Source: Candidatus Eiseniibacteriota bacterium
GTDB lineage: Bacteria > Eisenbacteria > RBG-16-71-46
NCBI GenBank assembly: GCA_031364845.1
Contig: JANLWX010000028.1
Location: 59,652-123,651, forward strand
Length of the DNA: 64,000 nt
Direction of reading: 5' to 3'
Shown in pieces: positions 60,401 through 64,000 of the stretch (positions are counted from its first letter, which is position 1; each line of letters begins with the position of its first letter). The notes under the pieces are model-generated. The model saw nothing but the letters and a program-made list of their open reading frames with translations, was not told the origin of the DNA and did not search any database. The position numbers were made by a program, and so were the translations under genes.

Positions 60401-62612
60401 TGCCGTCGGGATCGGTCGACGCGGAGGCGTCGAGTGTCACGGTCAACGGCGCCGCACCGGCCACCGCGTTCGCCGTCAGCACGCTGGTCGGGAACTGGTT
60501 GGGTTTGAGCACGCGGATCGACGTGCTGGCGGAACCGGTCATCGAGTTGCGCGCGGCGAAGGTGACGACGTAGGGCTCGGTCCGCGCGGTTCCGGGAGCC
60601 GGCGTCCATGCAAACGTTCCGGTTTTGCGCGTCGCGCCCGGCGTGAACACCGGACCCGCAGGAAGATCGGATCCGCTCATCGTCAGCGTCTCGATCGAGT
60701 CGCCGTCGGCGTCGGTGACCGTCACCGGGAAGATCGTCTCGAGCCCCTCGATCGCCTCGACGCTGGCGACCGACGTGACGACGGGAGGAATGTCGCCGCG
60801 CTGGACCGGAATCTTGACGCTCGAAGTGGCGGTCTGCCCTAGGTCGTCGACGACCGTCACCTGCACGGTCCACAGTCCGGTGCCCAGCACTCCGGTCGCG
60901 CGCGGTGAAGTCTGCGGACCCACCACCACGCCGTCGCCGAATTCGAAGTAGTAGGCGACGATGGTTCCATCGGTATCGAACGAAGTCGACGCGTCGGCGG
61001 TGACGGTCAGCGGCGCCTGGCCGCTCAGCGGCGTGACTTTGAGCCTCGACACCGGACGGCTGCCGGCGGGCCGGTACTCATAGGCTCCGATGTCGGCGTA
61101 GGTGGGTGTGCCGCCGCCGTAATTGAACATGGCCGGATCGTCGAAGCGCTCGAGGCCCGCGGCATCGGTCGAGGGCCAGCCCGCGATGCCACCCTTTGCC
61201 ACGTCGATCGCCGGGGAGCCTGTCATGACGCGGAAGTTGCCGGCCGCGGGGAAGATGAACAGCGGATTCTTCTGCTTCGAATTGGCATCCTGTCCCGTGA
61301 CGCTCTGGAATTTCGACAGGGAGTAGTTCGTCGTGCCGTAGCGGATCGGCGGCAGCGTGACCGAGTTCCAGAAGATGTTGTAGTTCGAGGACAGGCCCGG
61401 AGCCGAGGTCGCATCCACCCACAGGTTGAACTCGTTGGTCGTGAGCCCGTTGTCGGTGGCGATGCAGTTGTGGAGGCTGCATCCGGAGGAACTGCCCTCG
61501 ATCGAGAAGCCATCTTTGTAGTTGCGGTACGCGACGTCGTGGAGGTGGCGGACACCGGTGCTGGCGACGTGGTCGTAGCCATGGTCACCGTTGATCCAGC
61601 TGACGTTGTTGCGCGAGATGCCGTTGTGCGACCCGTTGTAGAACTGAATCCCGGAATCCTGGTTGTCGTAGCAGCGGTTGTTCTCGACCGTGCAACTCGG
61701 CGAGCCGTTGATGTTGATGCCGTTGGCCGCGCGGGCGGAAGGACGGACGTTGCGGTAGCACTCGTTGTTGGCGACCCGCGAGCTTGCGCTGCTGTCGGTG
61801 AGGTAGATGCCATGGTCGAAGTTGTCGGCCACGACGCAGCCGCTCACCGTGCTGGCCGGCGACTTCGAGAGCTGGATGCCGATCGAGTTGGCGAACGTGA
61901 CCGCGCAGTTCTGGACGATGACACCGTAGCCCGAGATGTCGACGGCGCGGCTTTCTGTCTTCGTGATCACGAAGCCGTCGATCGTCATGTACTTGTCCTT
62001 GACCACGATGCCGTAGGCACGCCGGCCCACTTCGAGCGTGCGGGTGCCGGGGTTGGGACCGCCGGCGTTCACGTAGAGCCCGATGCCCTCGATGTAGCGG
62101 AACGACCGCGGCGGCAGCGAGGACGGAGGATCGCTCGAGGCGATGAGACGCGCGCCATCGAGGAACACCTGCGCGGGCGCCCAGTCGATGGAGGTCGCGA
62201 GGTAGACGGCGCCGGAGAACGTCGCCCACGTGGCAGGCTTCGAGTAGTCGTCGGCCCCGCTGATGATGACGCCGGGGCCCGCTGCCTGCAGGACGACGCG
62301 ACTGGCTGAGGAGCCCTTGACCGAGAGCGTCACCGTCTCGCGGTAGATTCCCGGGCTCACGAGAATCGTGTTGCCCGGCAGTGCCTTGATTCGGGCGGCC
62401 GCGGAAATCGTGCGGAAGGGGGTGGCGGTGGTGCCGGGGCCGAGGTCCGAGGACGCCGGGTTCGCCGCGTCGACGTAGACCATTTCGGCTCGCGCGACGG
62501 AGGTCGATGCGAGCGCGAACGTCAGGAGAGCCGCCCAGCGAATGGAGTGGAGCCGGGACCCGCACACCCGGGACGGGTGTTGCGACGGCGACAAGGACGC
62601 TTGGAACGGCAT
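54408..62612 (-). CDS. Giant secreted protein: right-handed beta-helix, 3 PKD, 14 cadherin/Ig-like repeats, 3 CBM-like domains, C-terminal sorting-like domain
   Basis: Signal peptide; Asn-rich PbH repeats; FDFGDG-type PKD motifs; DRAP..SDPDG..GTLTWTP repeats; N..NPGFE...GW domains; IFDAQGR..GAYFYRL C-terminus. Confidence 0.88.
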   Translation of the reverse strand: MPFQASLSPSQHPSRVCGSRLHSIRWAALLTFALASTSVARAEMVYVDAANPASSDLGPGTTATPFRTISAAARIKALPGNTILVSPGIYRETVTLSVKGSSASRVVLQAAGPGVIISGADDYSKPATWATFSGAVYLATSIDWAPAQVFLDGARLIASSDPPSSLPPRSFRYIEGIGLYVNAGGPNPGTRTLEVGRRAYGIVVKDKYMTIDGFVITKTESRAVDISGYGVIVQNCAVTFANSIGIQLSKSPASTVSGCVVADNFDHGIYLTDSSASSRVANNECYRNVRPSARAANGININGSPSCTVENNRCYDNQDSGIQFYNGSHNGISRNNVSWINGDHGYDHVASTGVRHLHDVAYRNYKDGFSIEGSSSGCSLHNCIATDNGLTTNEFNLWVDATSAPGLSSNYNIFWNSVTLPPIRYGTTNYSLSKFQSVTGQDANSKQKNPLFIFPAAGNFRVMTGSPAIDVAKGGIAGWPSTDAAGLERFDDPAMFNYGGGTPTYADIGAYEYRPAGSRPVSRLKVTPLSGQAPLTVTADASTSFDTDGTIVAYYFEFGDGVVVGPQTSPRATGVLGTGLWTVQVTVVDDLGQTATSSVKIPVQRGDIPPVVTSVASVEAIEGLETIFPVTVTDADGDSIETLTMSGSDLPAGPVFTPGATRKTGTFAWTPAPGTARTEPYVVTFAARNSMTGSASTSIRVLKPNQFPTSVLTANAVAGAAPLTVTLDASASTDPDGRITSYRFDFGDGSQQGPQSTPTAEHVYAAGRWNAQVVVTDDRGGSSVSSLITIQSLNPDANLALNPGFEKDAKGWLGAGPDTLFRVAGGRTGAYAVELRSASTNSTVLFGLNDSPDMVTNAGPAGSRYHFEAWVRSAANRGLAKLRVREYNAGVLQGPNALSTGVPLTPAWQKLSIDYTTLTANSVLDFNVLDAAVVAGEVFQVDDILMQSSAMVVPVLSVPPVVSVDEDATVTFTVTASDPDGEAISSLAADLSTLPPGSNATFTTNASNTQGTFSWKPTFDDSRSTAYSIRLTAKNSGTGTATGAILVRNIDRAPALQFESPVAAFEGRELVLSFPASDPDGDAISLLSADLSGLPAGHGATFSPNATRTGGTLRWTPPAGGGARNYPVSFTAANALSATRTLLVHVEKMNHAPVVTAPGLLTVNEGEPLSITVSASDLDEEAIVSLTTDLSGLPAGHSAVFTPGDSRDRGILSWTPSMSDSGTYGVTFTATNDLTGFARTMIRVVNVDRGPQVVAAASADVDEVTTLRLDIAAADADGDSIASLVADLSSLPAGNGAVFTANATRTGGTLVWTPTYADSGVYRIGFRASNALSSSAFTSIVVHNVDRAPVITVVPTVIAPDNESFTLEFLVADPDGDAVTSLTADLSSLPAGGDPVLETDDDLLGGTVTWTPRGSDRGPYLVTIVASNAVSGSAQTRIQVDHHPVVFAQSNVSVKENQQLTLGVTASDPDGQPITSLVADFLALPAGHNAVFAPNAAKTGGVLTWKPNYLHAPGPYAVRFLAANTLTGIANSSITVINIDRAPVLTASATALVTAGSMLTMTVSASDPDNEPITSLTADLSSLPPGHGATFVPNATKTAGTLTWTPDPDQTLSSLYNVTFRAANALSATRSTAITVDRAPVLIAPESVIANEGQPLTITVTASDPDAGQPIIALEADLSELPAGHNAVFTPNASHTAGVLQWTPGFDDAPGPYTVAFTAINTITHSTTTTIEVHESNQPLIVTAPATWRTTDGGAVSFTVTAADPDGEPIDSLSADLSGLPAGSNATFTVNATGTSGTFDWQPTAADGYGPYVIRFRAVNSLPGTAATTIINDRRPVVNVAAIAGAAENQLFQLDVTAADPDGETLTSLVADLSDLPAGHGAVFVPNSTKTGGRLSWTPTFNDGRVAPFRVRFTAGNTLAAVAECAVTVTNVDRPAVITVEALVRGQEGQPVTFTVSASDPDQDPVAALAANLGDLPATSNATFTPDPSNATGTFRWTPASGMGRVAPYGVTFTASNALTASASVSIVINALPEVVFSASPASGIGPLQVQFNTAGSTDRDGTIASYAFDFGDGTPASGPQSAPAVSHLYAPGTYTASVRATDNVGGTSTATRTITVAAPPSNFVANGGFETNTSGWAKNGSATLARVAPGRTGSFCLEVASTSTTTFGITDEPNSVTGVGAPGLTYRVTAWVRSPSSGGTAKIKLREFLGGVQQGPSVYSPTVTLSPSWQLLSFNYTALAAGSMLDVEVNDYPVAANEVLQVDDMAIAWVSPATMAPVITAPATVSVSENGQVIVPVTVTSVEGQAITSLSASLAGLPAGSNATFVPGASNATGTLTWTPTYADGRTEGYPLTFTASNGLTASVSTNVFVTNVDRAPVLVVPASVSATAGAQISVEITASDPDGDAITAMSVDLSQLPANHGAVFVANSTNTAGTLTWTPDPSFVRGDPFAVTFTARNVVTGAVTVPITVNRPPSGINLVGNPGFESAITGWAKTGSATLMRIPAGRNGSYALQITSSAGTTFGITDEPNWIANAGSAGTAYRISAWVRAASAKGSIKIKVREFVGGVQQGSSAYSDPIVLSTSWKEVTIDYLSRTADSYLDIEINDYPVAANEVFIVDDISIVRVSGGASAASAVRAGTPAPAFGARVTSNPVGPQGELLFTTTREGRVRLRIFDAQGRAVSQPINEAWMAAGSHRIALRAPATASAIAAGAYFYRLDAAEGVIHGRFTIVN

Positions 62613-62899
62613 GAGACGAACCCCCCGAGGATGCAGAACGCAATGGTGTCGTGAATCGGTGGAGCGATTCAGACGAGGGCGGGGGGGGGAGCTCGTCTTC
62701 GGACACCGGATTCATAGCGGGTCCGTAGAGTGGCTAAATCGCAAGTTCCCTGCCGAGGGTGCGCGCCCGGCTAAGTACAGGCGGCGCATGGTCCTGGCGC
62801 CCCGGGAGACGCATCCATGGCCTCACCTCCACGGATTCGTGCGTGCGACGCCCCGAACGGTGCGGGGCAACGGGTGAGAATACCCCGTGGCAGCTGGGA

Positions 62900-63280
62900 T
62901 CAGTCTTCGATCACCACACACGCGATCGCGAGGCCGCCATCATGAGACAGCGACAGATGCGATCGGCTGGCACCGAGTTGTTGGAATCGCTCGAGCGCCG
63001 GTCCGTGGAATTCGAGCTTCGGCTGGCGCCCCCCGGGCTGGATCACCTCGAAATGCTTGAAGCCGATGCCACCGCTCATGCCGGTGCCGATCGCCTTGGA
63101 GGCGGCTTCCTTCGCCGCGAAGCGCGCGGCGAGATGGGGCAGGGGATCCTTGTGGCCGCGGCAGTAGGCGAGCTCGGCGTCGGTGAACAGACGCTTCTCC
63201 ATGCGCTCGCCGAAGCGCTCGAGCGCGGCGACGAGCCGCTCGACCTTCATCACATCGATGCCGATGCCGCGAACGGGCAT
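62900..63280 (-). CDS. acpS: Holo-[acyl-carrier-protein] synthase
   Basis: GIGID, LAARFAAKEAASKA, HLSLSHD. Confidence 0.95.
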   Translation of the reverse strand: MPVRGIGIDVMKVERLVAALERFGERMEKRLFTDAELAYCRGHKDPLPHLAARFAAKEAASKAIGTGMSGGIGFKHFEVIQPGGRQPKLEFHGPALERFQQLGASRSHLSLSHDGGLAIACVVIED

Positions 63281-63425
63281 GTTCCCTTCCAACGTCGCGA
63301 AAGCGACGCCGGAGCTCCTTTGAGCGGCAATCTAACGGCGCGTTGCGATTAGTTCAACGTCGCGCGAGGGAGCGAAGCGCCGTCGCCATCGGAAGGAAAG
63401 ACTTCCTGAAGCCGCCTGCGGCGTT

Positions 63426-64000
63426 TCAGGAACAGGCCGGTATTCTCAGCGTGAACGTCGTCCCATGATCCGGGGCGCTCACGACATCCAGGCGGCAATC
63501 CATGCGCTCGGCCAACTCGCGCGCCAAAGCGAGCCCCATTCCCATGCCGCCGACCTCGCGGGTCTGGGAGCCGTCCACCTGCTCAAATGAATTGAAGATC
63601 GAGTGGATGCGGTCGATCGGGATCCCGGGTCCGTCGTCTTCGAATTCGACGCACACCCAGCGCTGTCCTGAGGCCTCCATGGCCCGTGCGCCGAGCCGCA
63701 GGTGCGAGCCGCTCGGCGTGAACTTGAGCGCGTTGTCGAGGAGATGGTCGAGGATCTGCACGACGCGCTGCCGGTCGCACCGTGCCTGCGGGAGCGATGC
63801 CGGCGTCGCGCACGCGATGTCCCGCAGGCTCGCGGTCACACCGGCGCGGCGCTGCTCGCAGTAGCTTCCGAGCAGATCGGAGATGTTCTCGTTCGCGAGC
63901 TCGACCACGAGCCGGGCGTTGACGGCGTTCGAATAGGTCAGAAGGTCCTCGAGCAGCTCGTTCAGATGGCGTGCGCGGTCGAGCGCGGCTTCCAGCATGG
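63426..64000 (-). CDS. Sensor histidine kinase, C-terminal HATPase part (5'-truncated by window edge)
   Basis: NALKFT, DDGPG, FEQVD, GMGMGLA. Confidence 0.88.
   Translation of the reverse strand, partial: MLEAALDRARHLNELLEDLLTYSNAVNARLVVELANENISDLLGSYCEQRRAGVTASLRDIACATPASLPQARCDRQRVVQILDHLLDNALKFTPSGSHLRLGARAMEASGQRWVCVEFEDDGPGIPIDRIHSIFNSFEQVDGSQTREVGGMGMGLALARELAERMDCRLDVVSAPDHGTTFTLRIPACS

Noticed and set aside
1..64000. tRNA, rRNA, integrase or prophage genes
   Set aside because: None recognised by eye; tRNAscan/Infernal were not run

Overview
High-GC bacterial window with four blocks. (1) 1-24.7 kb is a multi-operon surface-polysaccharide locus: UDP-glucose dehydrogenase, RfbC/RfbB, SLBB export protein, Wzz-like protein, two O-antigen ligase/polymerase-like proteins, a CDP-sugar operon with an embedded LhgO-like FAD oxidase, six glycosyltransferases, two methyltransferases, and WcaJ- and WecA-like initiating transferases. 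(2) 24.7-28 kb is khpA-rimM-trmD-rplS-rnhB-yraN, with no rpsP upstream. (3) 28-50.6 kb is a B12-dependent acyl-CoA metabolism region: MeaB, an ICM-type and an MCM-type mutase large subunit, one B12-binding small subunit with a histone-H1-like repeat tail, epimerase, biotin carboxylase/BCCP, thiolase, 3-hydroxyacyl-CoA dehydrogenase and three acyl-CoA dehydrogenases, interrupted by an MNT-HEPN toxin-antitoxin pair. (4) 50.7-64 kb holds a MoaD/ThiS + BNR beta-propeller + cysteine hydrolase operon, an HNH endonuclease, a 2734-aa repeat-rich secreted protein, acpS and a partial histidine kinase. The most striking unannotated structure is at 54081-54340: diverged copies of the 3' ends of acpS and of the cysteine hydrolase gene are fused at a shared CTCGAG, so two alternative cargoes (HNH gene and giant surface protein) of the same hydrolase/acpS site sit in tandem. 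All product calls come from motif recognition by eye; no database searches were run.
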